64,000 bases of DNA from Bdellovibrionales bacterium (GTDB lineage Bacteria > Bdellovibrionota > Bdellovibrionia > Bdellovibrionales > UBA1609): positions 1,376,001 to 1,440,000 of the forward strand of contig OZ241877.1 in NCBI GenBank assembly GCA_965203095.1. Reading direction: 5' to 3'. Position numbers and translations under genes: made by a program. Shown here piece by piece: positions 20,959 through 31,523 of the stretch (its first letter is position 1; each line of letters begins with the position of its first letter). The notes under the pieces are model-generated. The model did no database searches. It was not told the origin of the DNA and was given only the letters and a program-made list of their open reading frames with translations.

Positions 20959-20959
20959 T

Positions 20960-22741
20960 TTACTTATCCATAAAGTTTTTTAATTTATCTGATCGGCTGG
21001 AATGTTGGAGTTTTTTCAAAGCCTTGGCTTCAATTTGCCGGATCCTTTCTCTGGTGACATTAAAATCTTGCCCCACTTCCTCTAAAGTGTGATGGCTTTC
21101 CTCCCCAATACCAAAACGCATCCTTAAAACCTTTTCCTCTCTGGGAGTCAATGTGGCCAAAACTTTTCGTGTCTGATTAACTAAATTCAAATTGGACATA
21201 GCAAAAGAGGGATTGATGACATTAACATCCTCAAGAAAATCTCCTAAATGCGAATCGTCCTCCTCCCCTACAGGAGTTTCCAGGCTGATGGGCTCTTTTG
21301 CGATTTTCATAACTTTTCGCACTTTATCTGGGGAGGTATCCATCTTGTCTGCAATTTCCTCCGGTGTGGGATCTCTTCCTAACTCTTGCACAAGATAGCG
21401 GGACGCACGAACCAGCTTGTTGATAGTTTCAATCATGTGAACGGGAACTCGAATGGTTCGTGCCTGATCAGCAATAGCCCTTGTAATGGCCTGACGGATC
21501 CACCAAGTGGCATAAGTAGAAAACTTATACCCTCTCCGATACTCAAATTTATCTACTGCTTTCATAAGGCCAATGTTGCCCTCCTGAATCAGATCTAAAA
21601 ACTGAAGACCACGATTGGTGTATTTTTTCGCTATAGACACAACCAACCTCAAATTGGCTTGAACTAATTTTGATTTTGCTTTGTCCGCCTCTTGCTCACT
21701 TCTCCAAATCTCTGTGGAAATATGCCTCAAATAAAATTTACTCATCTCCGTTTGCTCTGCCAATTTTTTTAACCTTAGTCTTGCATCTCTCCCTCCAATG
21801 TAAAGTTCGCTAATTTTTTGAAATGAAAGACCTGTGTCTTTTTCCATTTTCTCCAAAGCAGATTCACTATCAATAATCTTAAAATAGCTTTGCTCCGCCT
21901 GTTGGAAATTTTCAGAAAAAGTTCTCTCAATGGCTTTTCTTACCCGATTCTCCAACTCATTGATGCGATTTAAAGTGTTACGAAATTTTGTGATAATACG
22001 ATTGATGATTTTTCTGTTAAAATTAACTTTATTGAGCTTTTTCATCAGCTCTTCATTAAGGGTTTCAACAGCTTGCATGGCTTGTTTGCTTTTTTCACTA
22101 CCCCATTCGTTCTCATTGATAGCTTTAAAAAACTCTTTCGTTTTGTCGTAATATTTTTGAACATATTGAACGGTCTGATTGATGGATTCTAAAAAAACCT
22201 CTTCTTTAGCTCTTTCTTCATCTTGTTCGTCTAAACCTCGAATCATATTTTTGACCTTAAACCTTGACTTTTGCAAATGTTCTTTAAACCGAATCACCTC
22301 TCTTGCACCTAAGGGACACATTAAAATAGCTTTCATTATCTTTTTTTCGCCCTTTTCAATGTTTTTAGAAATTTGCACTTCGCCTTTGCGATCCAAAAGG
22401 GAAACACTTCCGATTTTTCTAAGGTAAAGCCTCACTGGATCATGAACACGAGGGAGGCCCTTCCTCTCACTCATGTCAGGTTGAAAAAGATTTCGCTCTG
22501 TCTCTCCCTTATCTTTCTTTTTCTTGAGTTGAACACTAACACCTTTTTTTATAAGCATATCCATGAGTCTGTTGAGAATTGCTGGATGAGTGATTTCCGG
22601 TGAAAAAGCCTCATTCAATTCTCTGGCGTAAATTACATCTTTTTTAAAAAAGCCCTTTTTTTCCAAATTTTGAAATTCTAAAGAAAACAGCTTTTTTTGA
22701 GATGATAATTTTAATTTTTTAATTTCTGTTTTGTTTTGCAT
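20960..22741 (-). CDS. rpoD: RNA polymerase primary sigma factor
   Basis: [43 protein letters not shown]. Confidence 0.97.
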   Translation of the reverse strand: MQNKTEIKKLKLSSQKKLFSLEFQNLEKKGFFKKDVIYARELNEAFSPEITHPAILNRLMDMLIKKGVSVQLKKKKDKGETERNLFQPDMSERKGLPRVHDPVRLYLRKIGSVSLLDRKGEVQISKNIEKGEKKIMKAILMCPLGAREVIRFKEHLQKSRFKVKNMIRGLDEQDEERAKEEVFLESINQTVQYVQKYYDKTKEFFKAINENEWGSEKSKQAMQAVETLNEELMKKLNKVNFNRKIINRIITKFRNTLNRINELENRVRKAIERTFSENFQQAEQSYFKIIDSESALEKMEKDTGLSFQKISELYIGGRDARLRLKKLAEQTEMSKFYLRHISTEIWRSEQEADKAKSKLVQANLRLVVSIAKKYTNRGLQFLDLIQEGNIGLMKAVDKFEYRRGYKFSTYATWWIRQAITRAIADQARTIRVPVHMIETINKLVRASRYLVQELGRDPTPEEIADKMDTSPDKVRKVMKIAKEPISLETPVGEEDDSHLGDFLEDVNVINPSFAMSNLNLVNQTRKVLATLTPREEKVLRMRFGIGEESHHTLEEVGQDFNVTRERIRQIEAKALKKLQHSSRSDKLKNFMDK

Positions 22742-22772
22742 AAAAAACTCCTTATTTTTAATAGGCTATTTT

Positions 22773-24545
22773 TTATTTGAGCCTTTGTTTGGTTAATTGA
22801 AAAACCCTTTCTAAACCGTGCATGTCCTCTTTAGTCTCCATTTTCATTTTTGCCAACAAAATATTGGCTTCAGATTGTTTTTGCCTCCTCTTTAAAAAAT
22901 CCATACAGTTCTGAAATATCTTTTCCTGGCCTTCCTGACTAACTGAATTAAATATCGGATAACTGGACTTAAAAGCTGAGTGAGGATCAGATATTTCATC
23001 CATTACTAAGTGAACGAGTTTATCAAAGCCTGTATGGCTTTGTCTATAGTGATCTTCTATTTTTTTAAAAAGGTCTTGCATTCCCTGAGTGTTCAGGAGA
23101 GAAAGCCCATTTTGATCCCTAAAAGAATTTAAAAAAACCTCAGACTCCATGCACAAAATGAGAAGGAGTCGCTCAGCCTCTAAAGCTGTTGAAAGGCAAA
23201 AGCCTTTTTTTAGTGGTGGTGCTAACTCTAAACTTTTTTTTAGAGGAGGTTGTTTTAAAGGGGCTTTGAGTTTTGCTTTTAGGGCCTTTTCAGCTAAGCC
23301 TCTGTCACTTCCAAAAAGATCCAAAAGCCTTTGCTTATAAATAGCCTGTAAGGTTTTGTTTTGAGTAATGGCCAAAAGAGGGGCTATTTCCTGAATGAGA
23401 GACAGCAAATCCCGCCCTTTGCTTTTTATCTCCTCATGCTTTTTTTGAAGGACAAAAAAGAAAAGATCTTTTGCGGAAAGCAAGAGGGACTGAAAAGCCT
23501 CTTTTCCATTAGAGCGGATAAACTCATCAGGATCTTGCCCTTTGGGAATCTCCAAAAACTTCACCCTTAAACCTGCGGAAAGCAAAATGGGTAAACTTCG
23601 CTCACTGGCCCGAAGTCCCGCTGGGTCTCCATCAAAAACAAGGATGGCCCTTTCCGCATATCGCTTTATGAGCTGAGCCTGATGGTTTGTAAGGGCGGTC
23701 CCTAATGTGGCTGTAAGATTTTTAAAGCCTTCCTTATAAAGGGATAAAAAATCAGTATAACCCTCCACAATAATAGCAGAAGACTCTTGCCTTAAATAGC
23801 GAGCGGACTCGCTCAAACCATAAAGAATTTGCCCTTTATGAAAAATGGCTGAATCTTTAGAGTTAATGTATTTTGGAAAGGCATTGTCCAAAGTTCTGGC
23901 TCCAAAACCCACTATTTGACGACGAACAGAGATAATGGGAAAGATTAACCTATGGCGAAAATTATCATAAAATTCCATAGAGGAAGAGTGATTAAGCAAA
24001 CCCAGTTCAAGAGCCTGTTGTTTTTTTTCTGATGTTTTTAAAAAAGAGAGAAGGGCATTTTTGTTGGGAGCGTATCCTAAACGAAATTGCTGAACCAGCT
24101 CCTTAGTCCAGCCCCGTTTTTGCAAATAGGATAAAACTGAGGCTGGGGCCTGTTTTAACTTTTGCTCGTAGAATTGGCCCACTTCCTCACTTAATTTTAA
24201 AAAATCAGGAACAGGGGAAGAGGTTTTGAATGAATAAGAGCTTTTTTTAGGAATGGAGATCCCTTTTTGCCGGGCCAGCTCTTCCACAGCGTCACTAAAA
24301 CTCATCCCTCTTTGTTTTTGGAGATAAGTAAAAATATTTCCAGAATTTTGACAGCCAAAACAATAGTAAACCTGTTTGCTGGCAGATACGGAAAAGCTGG
24401 GAGTTTTTTCATTATGTTCTGGAAATGGGCAAAGGCCCATAAATTGATCGCCCCGACCTTTAAGCAAGGTGTCTTCACTGATCAGAGCCACAATATCGCT
24501 GGCAAAAAGCACCTGATCCAAAAAAGCCCTGGAGTAATTACTCAT
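22773..24545 (-). CDS. dnaG: DNA primase
   Basis: CPF..H.EKTPSF...CFGC zinc finger, KYINS, VEGYTD, DGDPAG, DPD. Confidence 0.96.
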   Translation of the reverse strand: MSNYSRAFLDQVLFASDIVALISEDTLLKGRGDQFMGLCPFPEHNEKTPSFSVSASKQVYYCFGCQNSGNIFTYLQKQRGMSFSDAVEELARQKGISIPKKSSYSFKTSSPVPDFLKLSEEVGQFYEQKLKQAPASVLSYLQKRGWTKELVQQFRLGYAPNKNALLSFLKTSEKKQQALELGLLNHSSSMEFYDNFRHRLIFPIISVRRQIVGFGARTLDNAFPKYINSKDSAIFHKGQILYGLSESARYLRQESSAIIVEGYTDFLSLYKEGFKNLTATLGTALTNHQAQLIKRYAERAILVFDGDPAGLRASERSLPILLSAGLRVKFLEIPKGQDPDEFIRSNGKEAFQSLLLSAKDLFFFVLQKKHEEIKSKGRDLLSLIQEIAPLLAITQNKTLQAIYKQRLLDLFGSDRGLAEKALKAKLKAPLKQPPLKKSLELAPPLKKGFCLSTALEAERLLLILCMESEVFLNSFRDQNGLSLLNTQGMQDLFKKIEDHYRQSHTGFDKLVHLVMDEISDPHSAFKSSYPIFNSVSQEGQEKIFQNCMDFLKRRQKQSEANILLAKMKMETKEDMHGLERVFQLTKQRLK

Positions 24546-25009
24546 AATTTGGAAAGCTCTTCACGAACGATTTGAGCCAGCTTTTTCCCCTCAACAGAGC
24601 CTTTGGCCTGGCCCATTGTGGCTTTAACCACCTGAGCCATGTCTTTAAGAGATGAGGCTTTGAGCTGTTTTATATTCTGCCGGACTATAGAAGTTATCTC
24701 TTCTTCAGACAAAGCGGGAGGTAAATAGGACTTCCAAACAGAGATTTGGCTTTTTTCCTCCTGAACCGACTCTTCACGACCTGCTTTTTCATAATATTGC
24801 AAAGCCTCTTCCGCTTGTTTGATTTGCTTTCTCAAAATCCCGAAAAAGTGATTTTCGGTTAAGGGTTTGGGCCTCAGCTCTATCTCTTTGTTTTTGATAG
24901 CGGAGCCCAGAAGGCGTAAAGCTTTGAGGCGGGGTTTGTCCTTAGCCTTTAAGGCTTTTGCCGTATCTTTTATAATTTGTTTTTGTAAAGACATTATAGT
25001 CTTCCTCAT
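24542..25009 (-). CDS. GatB/YqeY domain protein
   Basis: AIKNKEIE, YLPPALSEEEI; position between rpsU and dnaG. Confidence 0.9.
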   Translation of the reverse strand: MRKTIMSLQKQIIKDTAKALKAKDKPRLKALRLLGSAIKNKEIELRPKPLTENHFFGILRKQIKQAEEALQYYEKAGREESVQEEKSQISVWKSYLPPALSEEEITSIVRQNIKQLKASSLKDMAQVVKATMGQAKGSVEGKKLAQIVREELSKL

Positions 25010-25025
25010 CAGGCTAAAAGCTTTT

Positions 25026-25229
25026 TTATCGTGAAAATTGTGAAAATCGGCCTTTTTTACGAGTTCTTTTACGGGCGGCTATAGATTTCTTTTTTTTAGC
25101 CACACTGGGCTTTTCAAAATACTCTCTTTTTTTGATTTCTGACAAAATGCCTAACTTTTCACAAGATTTTTTAAAACGGCGAAGGGCCTGTTCTAAGTGA
25201 TCACCCTCTCTAATTTTTATTTGTGGCAC
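25026..25229 (-). CDS. rpsU: 30S ribosomal protein S21
   Basis: ALRRFKK...REYFEKPS. Confidence 0.96.
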   Translation of the reverse strand: MPQIKIREGDHLEQALRRFKKSCEKLGILSEIKKREYFEKPSVAKKKKSIAARKRTRKKGRFSQFSR

Positions 25230-25410
25230 AGAGCTTCACCTCCTTATATTGACAGCCTATAACAAACTCTTTAAAAGAAGTCCAGCCGGCTTGGGAGTTT
25301 ATGTCATTATCATTGAGAAGGCTATTTTTTGAGCTTTTTTGTCAAATTTTGGGGCAAAAATCAAGTCTATCGGTTGACTTTAAGGGCAAAAATCAAACAT
25401 GGTGCTTGAT

Positions 25411-25746
25411 ATGTCAGGGGTTTTTACAAAAATTATCAATAAAGAGATACCGGCGGATATTGTTTATGAGGATGAGAAATGCCTGGCTTTTAAAGACATT
25501 AATCCACAGGCTCCAGTGCATATTCTGCTGATTCCTAAAAAAGAGATTCCCTCCACCCAGGAGATTCTACTGGAAGATCAGGCTCTTATGGGGCATTTGA
25601 TGGTCAAAATCCCTGAAATTGCAAAAAAAGTGGGGTTATCCGATTACCGTTTGGTGGTGAATACTGGTGAAGGGGCAGGGCAAACGGTTTTTCATCTTCA
25701 TATTCATATTATAGGTGGGAGAAAACTCAGCTGGCCCCCGGGCTAA
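25411..25746 (+). CDS. HIT family nucleotide-binding protein
   Basis: DINPQAPVH, GQTVFHLHIHIIGG, WPPG. Confidence 0.94.
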   Translation: MSGVFTKIINKEIPADIVYEDEKCLAFKDINPQAPVHILLIPKKEIPSTQEILLEDQALMGHLMVKIPEIAKKVGLSDYRLVVNTGEGAGQTVFHLHIHIIGGRKLSWPPG

Positions 25747-25811
25747 AAATATCGGGTTAAAAATATCCCTGATGAGACAAGCTCAGGTGGGACCGGGTAA
25801 GCTGTTAAATG

Positions 25812-26135
25812 TCAATTTGGTTTTGAGTTAGCTAAAAGCTGGTCCAGTTTGGATTTAATATCGTCCATTTTAATATCTATACCGTCCATTCTGCTCTCTA
25901 TACCGTCCATTCTGCTCTCTATACCATCCATCCTACTCTCTATACCATCCATCCTACTCTCTATCTTAGCTTGCCCTACTTTTAAGTGCTCTATGTCTTT
26001 AGATAATGGGCTTAATTGCCAACTAACAAAAAAACCTAAAGCCGCAAAACTGCCTAAAACGGCAATAACCGTTGTGACAATAAGCTGTAAACCTTCTTTT
26101 TCTTTCATCCTGCCCATACTATAACACAGGCACAA
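25812..26135 (-). CDS. Small TM plus heptad-repeat coiled-coil protein
   Basis: One TM helix, then four ESRMDGI repeats (21-bp units, 25876-25959). Confidence 0.65.
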   Translation of the reverse strand: MCLCYSMGRMKEKEGLQLIVTTVIAVLGSFAALGFFVSWQLSPLSKDIEHLKVGQAKIESRMDGIESRMDGIESRMDGIESRMDGIDIKMDDIKSKLDQLLANSKPN

Positions 26136-26223
26136 TTATAAATCAATCTATATTGAGAAAAAAATATCGATTTTTCATAAAAGCTCAAGCTTTTTCACGG
26201 AGGACTAAACAAGCCCTTAATTC

Positions 26224-26694
26224 TTACTGAAATGCAGTGTTTTTCCTTCTTAAGCCTTTAAAAAAGCTCTGTAAAAGCTTTTGGCTTGCTTCCTCGCCTA
26301 TTCCTCTACTGATTTTTATTTTGCCTAAGGAGCTTGTTTTGTGATCCAGCCCATATTTAGAGGAAAAACCTGTTTTTGGATCCGGACAGGCATAAATTAT
26401 ACGAGATATGCGAGATTGTAAAATGGCCCCAAAGCACATCAAACAAGGCTCTAAACTCACATAAAGAGAGCAAGAAGAAAGTCGCCAGGAGTTCAGTTTT
26501 TTAGCTGTCTCTTCAATAGCTAAAAGCTCTGCATGACCCAAAGGATTTTGAGCCTTTTCCCTGAGATTATGAGTCCGACTTAAAATCACATCCCCTTTAA
26601 CCAGCAAGGCACCTACAGGGACTTCTGCCTTCTGAAAAGCTTTTTTTGCCTCATCTATGGCCAAGCTCATAAAAAAATCATCTGTCCCGCTCAT
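26224..26694 (-). CDS. tadA: tRNA adenosine deaminase
   Basis: EVPVGA, HAE, LEPCLMC. Confidence 0.93.
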   Translation of the reverse strand: MSGTDDFFMSLAIDEAKKAFQKAEVPVGALLVKGDVILSRTHNLREKAQNPLGHAELLAIEETAKKLNSWRLSSCSLYVSLEPCLMCFGAILQSRISRIIYACPDPKTGFSSKYGLDHKTSSLGKIKISRGIGEEASQKLLQSFFKGLRRKNTAFQ

Positions 26695-26736
26695 GAGTAT
26701 TTAAGGCTTTGTCCTAACTTAATCCCTATAAAAATT

Positions 26737-27702
26737 TTAGCCAATGGAGAGGCCAAGGCTTTTTCGCATAGTGATCACAGAGTTTTCAAAACAAAGTGAA
26801 GGATCAGCCCCCGCTTGCAGATCCCTTTCCATTTCCAAAACTTTTTGAATCCATAAATCCAACACAGTATTGGGAAAGCGAGAAAGTTTTTGAACCTCCT
26901 CTACTTCCGGGCCATGGATCAGTTGATCCTCACAAGCCCATTTTAACAAACGAGCGTCCCTTAAAATCTCTTGCCAAAACCGAACCACTGTCAGAGCCTC
27001 TTTTCTATTAGAAATCCTTTTGGAAAAATCTCCGGCTAAGGTGGAAAAAGAGCTTTTCAATATGTCAGACCACAAAACTAAAGCCAGCTTTCGGGCTGTG
27101 CCTACCTCCTTCAACTCCTCTAAAAGATCCAAACGACCTTTGGCCGATCGAATCATCCATTGTGGGAGATCACCACTTATTTCCCTTATCACTTCCTCTG
27201 GCAGAGCTTGAAAGCGTAAATTTTGAAGGCGAGATTTAAGAGTTAAAGGGAGTTTAGAGGGAGATGAAGATATAAAAAAGAAATAAGACTTAGGGGGAGG
27301 TTCCTCCACAATTTTTAAAAGAAAGTTTCCGGCCTGGCGATTAAGCTTTTCCGCCGAGTCCAGGACAACCACTTTGGCTCGGGCGAAAGACTGAAGGGCT
27401 AAAAAAGGCGGAATGGGCTGAACATCCTGAAGGCGAATTTGCAAAGTTTTATGAGTCACGGCCCAAACATGTTCACTTTGCCTGTTAAAAACTCTTTTGC
27501 AGTGGGAACAAGCCCCACAAGGGGGATCTTCCCCCTCACAGAGTAGGATTTGAGCCACAGCATAAGCCATCATTTTTTTGCCCACTCCAGAAGGGCCAGA
27601 AAACAAAAGAGCCGAGTTGAGCCGGCCCTTTTTTAAAATGGGCCGGAGCCGGGCTTTTAACATGTCATGCCCTTTGATTTGCTCTATGATTTTGATAAGC
27701 AT
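26737..27702 (-). CDS. holB: DNA polymerase III delta' subunit
   Basis: LFSGPSGVGK, CGACSHC, LLKIVEEPP. Confidence 0.88.
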   Translation of the reverse strand: MLIKIIEQIKGHDMLKARLRPILKKGRLNSALLFSGPSGVGKKMMAYAVAQILLCEGEDPPCGACSHCKRVFNRQSEHVWAVTHKTLQIRLQDVQPIPPFLALQSFARAKVVVLDSAEKLNRQAGNFLLKIVEEPPPKSYFFFISSSPSKLPLTLKSRLQNLRFQALPEEVIREISGDLPQWMIRSAKGRLDLLEELKEVGTARKLALVLWSDILKSSFSTLAGDFSKRISNRKEALTVVRFWQEILRDARLLKWACEDQLIHGPEVEEVQKLSRFPNTVLDLWIQKVLEMERDLQAGADPSLCFENSVITMRKSLGLSIG

Positions 27703-28466
27703 TACTCCCCCTTTTTATGTCCTGCAACTGATCCGACCCTTTGCCAAGCCTTTAAAGCCCATTTTACCATCCAAGGCAGTCCGGCCAGCAATATAAACGA
27801 TAAAATAATTGAAGGGCTGAGTATATCAGAAAAGGATTTTATGTTAGCCAATTGCCGTCCGGCATGAACATAGACAAAGGTTCCTGGCAACATCCCTAAA
27901 AAGCTGGCCAAAAGGAACTGCCTTGAGGAAATAGGGCTAACCCCCATCATCACATTGACTGCTAAAAAAGGCAAAATAGGGACAAGCCTTAAGGAAAACA
28001 AATAAAAAGCCCCATCTTTTTTTAATCCTTTGTTTATGACTTTTAGACGTTTGTGGAATTTTTTTTGCACAAACTCCCTTAACAAAAATCGGGAAATTAA
28101 AAAACAAAAAAAAGCCCCTGTGAGACCTCCTATAGAGACCACAAAACTGGCCAAAACAAAATTAAACAAAGAGCCGGCAATTAAAGTCAGAACAGCCGCT
28201 CCGGGAATGCTGAGAGTGGCACAAAATACATAAAAGGCCAAAAAACATAAAACAAAAATAATTGTGGCGTTTTTGTAAAGAGAGAGCAGATCTTCTTGTC
28301 TGTTTATAAAAAACTCTAACTGAAACCATCGATCGAGATCAAAATAAAAAAACAAAACTAAAGACAAAATAAGGCCAACAAAAATAGCAACCTTTGTTTT
28401 GGGCAGGGCCTTTAAAAAATCCCGCCCCCGCTTTAAAATGGAGATGGAAGTTTTTAGCATTATCAA
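27702..28466 (-). CDS. TVP38/TMEM64 (DedA/VTT) membrane protein
   Basis: SIPGAAVLTL.AG, YLFSLRLVP, GMLPGT. Confidence 0.9.
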   Translation of the reverse strand: MIMLKTSISILKRGRDFLKALPKTKVAIFVGLILSLVLFFYFDLDRWFQLEFFINRQEDLLSLYKNATIIFVLCFLAFYVFCATLSIPGAAVLTLIAGSLFNFVLASFVVSIGGLTGAFFCFLISRFLLREFVQKKFHKRLKVINKGLKKDGAFYLFSLRLVPILPFLAVNVMMGVSPISSRQFLLASFLGMLPGTFVYVHAGRQLANIKSFSDILSPSIILSFILLAGLPWMVKWALKAWQRVGSVAGHKKGE

Positions 28467-29500
28467 GAGGGTTTTATTATCTTACTTTTCCTCTGTTTCC
28501 ATTGTTTTAAAGCCTGTTCTCGCAAGTCGGCCACAGAGTCCAACTCATCTACAATCTCAGTGCCTAAGATAGTCTCCACAACATCTTCCATAGAGACCAA
28601 ACCGGACAAAGATCCATATTCATCCACAACTAAAAAAATATGCTCCTTTCTGTTAATAAACTGATGGAGTGCGGCTGTGACAGAAATGCTCTCCGGCACA
28701 GTGTGAATGGGCTTTAAATAATTGTCTACAGTAATATTTTCATAAGATTGGGAACGAGCCTCTAAAATTTTATAGCGATGGACTAAGCCAATAATATGGT
28801 CTAAATCATCTTCATAAACAGGGATCCGGGCAAAACGGAGAGGCTGATATTTGTCTAAAATCTTTTTGACTGTCATTTTCCTCTCAAAAGCAGTGATCAC
28901 TGTTCGCGGAGTCATAATTTCAGAAACTTTTTTGCTTTTCAGCTTTAATATGTTTTGCACCAATTCCCCTTCATTTTTGTAAATAGCCCCTTCATTAACT
29001 CCCATTTTAGCGGCACCAATAATATCCTCTCTGGTAATATGGCGGGAGCGAACACGAAAAACCTTTTGCGTGAGCCGGGAGAGCCGGACAAAAGGATAAC
29101 AAAGCACAATAAAAACCTGAATGATATAAACAGAGGGGAATAAGAGATTTCGCCAGTAAGATGCCCCAAGGGTTTTGGGCAAAATTTCAGAAAAAATCAA
29201 AATCACAAGAGTCAAAATAATGGAAAACACTGTCACAAAATGGCTACCGTAAAGCTTGTGGGCCTGAGCACCCACCCCCACAGCCCCTAAAGTGTTGGCT
29301 ATGGTGTTGACTGTCAAAATGGCAGAAAGTGGGCGGGATATTTGATACTTCATCTTCTTCAGCAAAAGGGCTGAGCGAGTGCCTTGGCGGGAGAGATTTT
29401 CAATATGAGTGTAGCTGGCAGATAAAATTACAGACTCTAAAAGGCTACAGAGGAAGGATATAAAAACCGCCAGAGCAAAGAAAAATATAAGCAAAAACAC
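28463..29500 (-). CDS. CNNM/DUF21-CBS domain membrane protein
   Basis: SFLCSLLES, SEILPKT, IMTPR, VVDEYG. Confidence 0.92.
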   Translation of the reverse strand: MFLLIFFFALAVFISFLCSLLESVILSASYTHIENLSRQGTRSALLLKKMKYQISRPLSAILTVNTIANTLGAVGVGAQAHKLYGSHFVTVFSIILTLVILIFSEILPKTLGASYWRNLLFPSVYIIQVFIVLCYPFVRLSRLTQKVFRVRSRHITREDIIGAAKMGVNEGAIYKNEGELVQNILKLKSKKVSEIMTPRTVITAFERKMTVKKILDKYQPLRFARIPVYEDDLDHIIGLVHRYKILEARSQSYENITVDNYLKPIHTVPESISVTAALHQFINRKEHIFLVVDEYGSLSGLVSMEDVVETILGTEIVDELDSVADLREQALKQWKQRKSKIIKPS

Positions 29501-30050
29501 TAAAACTCCCTATACTGCCCGCTGACTTTTGAAAAAAGGCTTCTTCCTCTTAAAGTGGAAGACTTTAAAGGAGAGCTTAATGTGCCGACCCTTGCTTTTT
29601 CCCTAAAGATAGACGTTGCATAAAAACCAGTGGAATGAAAAATAAAAGGCTGGATAAAAAAATACAGTGAATTTTCAAACATAAAGCTATAGAGGGCCTT
29701 TCTCAGGCCATTTTCATCTGCTCCCTTGTGAAAATAAATAAAATAGAACTCAGGGGCTGAATCCCCGACGACTCTTCAGAACTTTCTTGAAACATATTTC
29801 TTTTATTAGATATAGCATAAAGAAAAAGGATTTTATAGACTTTTTTTGTTTTTTTTAAAAAAATTGCTAAAAAAACAGGATTTTATGATTTTTTAAGGCT
29901 TTAAACTCCTAAAACTACAGAATAATGCCTTTTGATAGGCTTTTTCACAGGCGACTAACTCAAACTATCCTTTTAACTTCTTTTGCCTTTGGGCAAAGAA
30001 ACTAAAGAATTGTCTATGAAAAAGCTCTGCCAAAAAGCATATTCTAAAAT

Positions 30051-30695
30051 TCAAGAAAAGAGGTTCTTAAAAAAACTTAAACCATCCTTTCCCCCCATAT
30101 CCTCTGCAATGGCCCGCTCTGGATGAGGCATAAGCCCTGTCACATTTCCTTCCTCATTCATAAGCCCTGCAATATGAGCTGTGGATCCGTTGGGGTTTTC
30201 CTTATAAGAAAGCCATATTTGCCCTTTATCTTGAAGTTTTTTTAAAATCGGCTCAGAGGCATAATATCGGCCCTCTCCATGGGCTATGGGGAGATGGATT
30301 TCTCCTTGGGGGGCTGGCCAAAAGGGGTTTAAACTTTCCACCCGCAAGGCCGACCATTCATCTATAAATCGCCCGGAGGCATTGGGCAAAAGAGCACCCT
30401 CAAGCAGGCGAGCGGAACACAAAATTTGAAAGCCATTGCATATACCTAACACCGGCCAGCCTTTTCGGCCCGCTCGAATCAAATCTCTCATCGCAGGGGA
30501 AAAACAAGCTAAAGCCCCAGCCCTTAAATAATCCCCATAAGAAAAGCCCCCAGGAATAACAAAAGCTTTATAATTTTTGACATCAATAGCCTCTGAACTA
30601 TGTAAAATCTCAGGATGAGCATTTTTTAAAGCCTTAAAAACATCCCGTTCACAGTTGCTTCCAGGGAATCGTAATATACCTACTTTTTTCATCAT
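30051..30695 (-). CDS. purQ: Phosphoribosylformylglycinamidine synthase subunit PurQ
   Basis: FPGSNC, PGGFSYGDY, GICNGFQ, MPHPER. Confidence 0.95.
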   Translation of the reverse strand: MMKKVGILRFPGSNCERDVFKALKNAHPEILHSSEAIDVKNYKAFVIPGGFSYGDYLRAGALACFSPAMRDLIRAGRKGWPVLGICNGFQILCSARLLEGALLPNASGRFIDEWSALRVESLNPFWPAPQGEIHLPIAHGEGRYYASEPILKKLQDKGQIWLSYKENPNGSTAHIAGLMNEEGNVTGLMPHPERAIAEDMGGKDGLSFFKNLFS

Positions 30696-30709
30696 TATTT
30701 TTTAATAAC

Positions 30710-30845
30710 TAATTAACTGTGAAAAAGTCTACATTTAATAGATCGCATAAGCAAAAATCCATCTGGTTTGTGGGAAAAACACCTTGGACCATCACCGGAC
30801 GGCTTTTAGGCAAAAGCGATTGAAAAGCTTGTCCCCTGTGAAAGA
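30710..30845 (+). mobile_element. Palindromic element copy C (chimeric: type II left half, type I right half)
   Basis: Left half matches copy B and right half matches copy A; core AACACCTTGGACC at 30778-30790. Confidence 0.75.
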
Positions 30846-30890
30846 AAATGTCTGTTTTATTTCGTGGGGAGATACCTTCCATCAAGTTTT

Positions 30891-31502
30891 TTATGTAATT
30901 CCTCCAATGACTGTTCGGATAAAAAACTCCTTTATTTTAAAAGACCAATGCTTGAAATAGGATATGTTGTAGCATTGCCAGCGGGTTTTGTCCCAACCTA
31001 TTCGGACATAGCCCTCTGGCGGTTCTTTTTCAATCAGTGCAAAAAGAAAGGGGAAATTGTAAGGGACAAACATATCATTGTTAAAATTTTTATTAAAATC
31101 TTCAGGATGAAGGTAATAAACATAAGAATGAGTTAAAACCCTGGTTTTTATATGAAAGCGAAAAACATCAAAAATCTCCCTATAAAAACCCCTCTGCTTT
31201 CTTGCAGTGGTAAGATAGCTGTTGGATATAATCCCTTCTTCTTTATTGAATTTTAAACCTATAGCTTTACCAAAATGAGAAAAGCCCGCCCTATATCCTT
31301 GGCTTGTTTTTTCATAATAAAAAGGCCGATCAAAATAATTAAACTTCCCGTCAAAAGGACGGTGAGGGTCAATGGCTTTATTTATATCACCTTTTATCAT
31401 ATCACAAAAAAAGTATTTTTTGTCATAATCTTCCTCTGCATAAGAGAAGAAAGTAAAAAATAAAAAAAATATTTTTACCATTACTTGTTTTTTTAAAATC
31501 AT
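30891..31502 (-). CDS. Hypothetical secreted protein
   Basis: Signal-peptide-like MVKIFFLFFTFFSYA; no recognisable family. Confidence 0.55.
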   Translation of the reverse strand: MILKKQVMVKIFFLFFTFFSYAEEDYDKKYFFCDMIKGDINKAIDPHRPFDGKFNYFDRPFYYEKTSQGYRAGFSHFGKAIGLKFNKEEGIISNSYLTTARKQRGFYREIFDVFRFHIKTRVLTHSYVYYLHPEDFNKNFNNDMFVPYNFPFLFALIEKEPPEGYVRIGWDKTRWQCYNISYFKHWSFKIKEFFIRTVIGGIT

Positions 31503-31523
31503 TTTTAGACAATGTCAATTTCT

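Noticed and set aside
25760..25810. Hammerhead ribozyme or SRP RNA near tadA
   Set aside because: CTGATGAG is present, but there is no GAAA core with supporting stems and no SRP helix-8 motif
29500..29800. Short ORFs upstream of the CNNM gene
   Set aside because: No recognisable motif; could be a decayed gene, but unsupported
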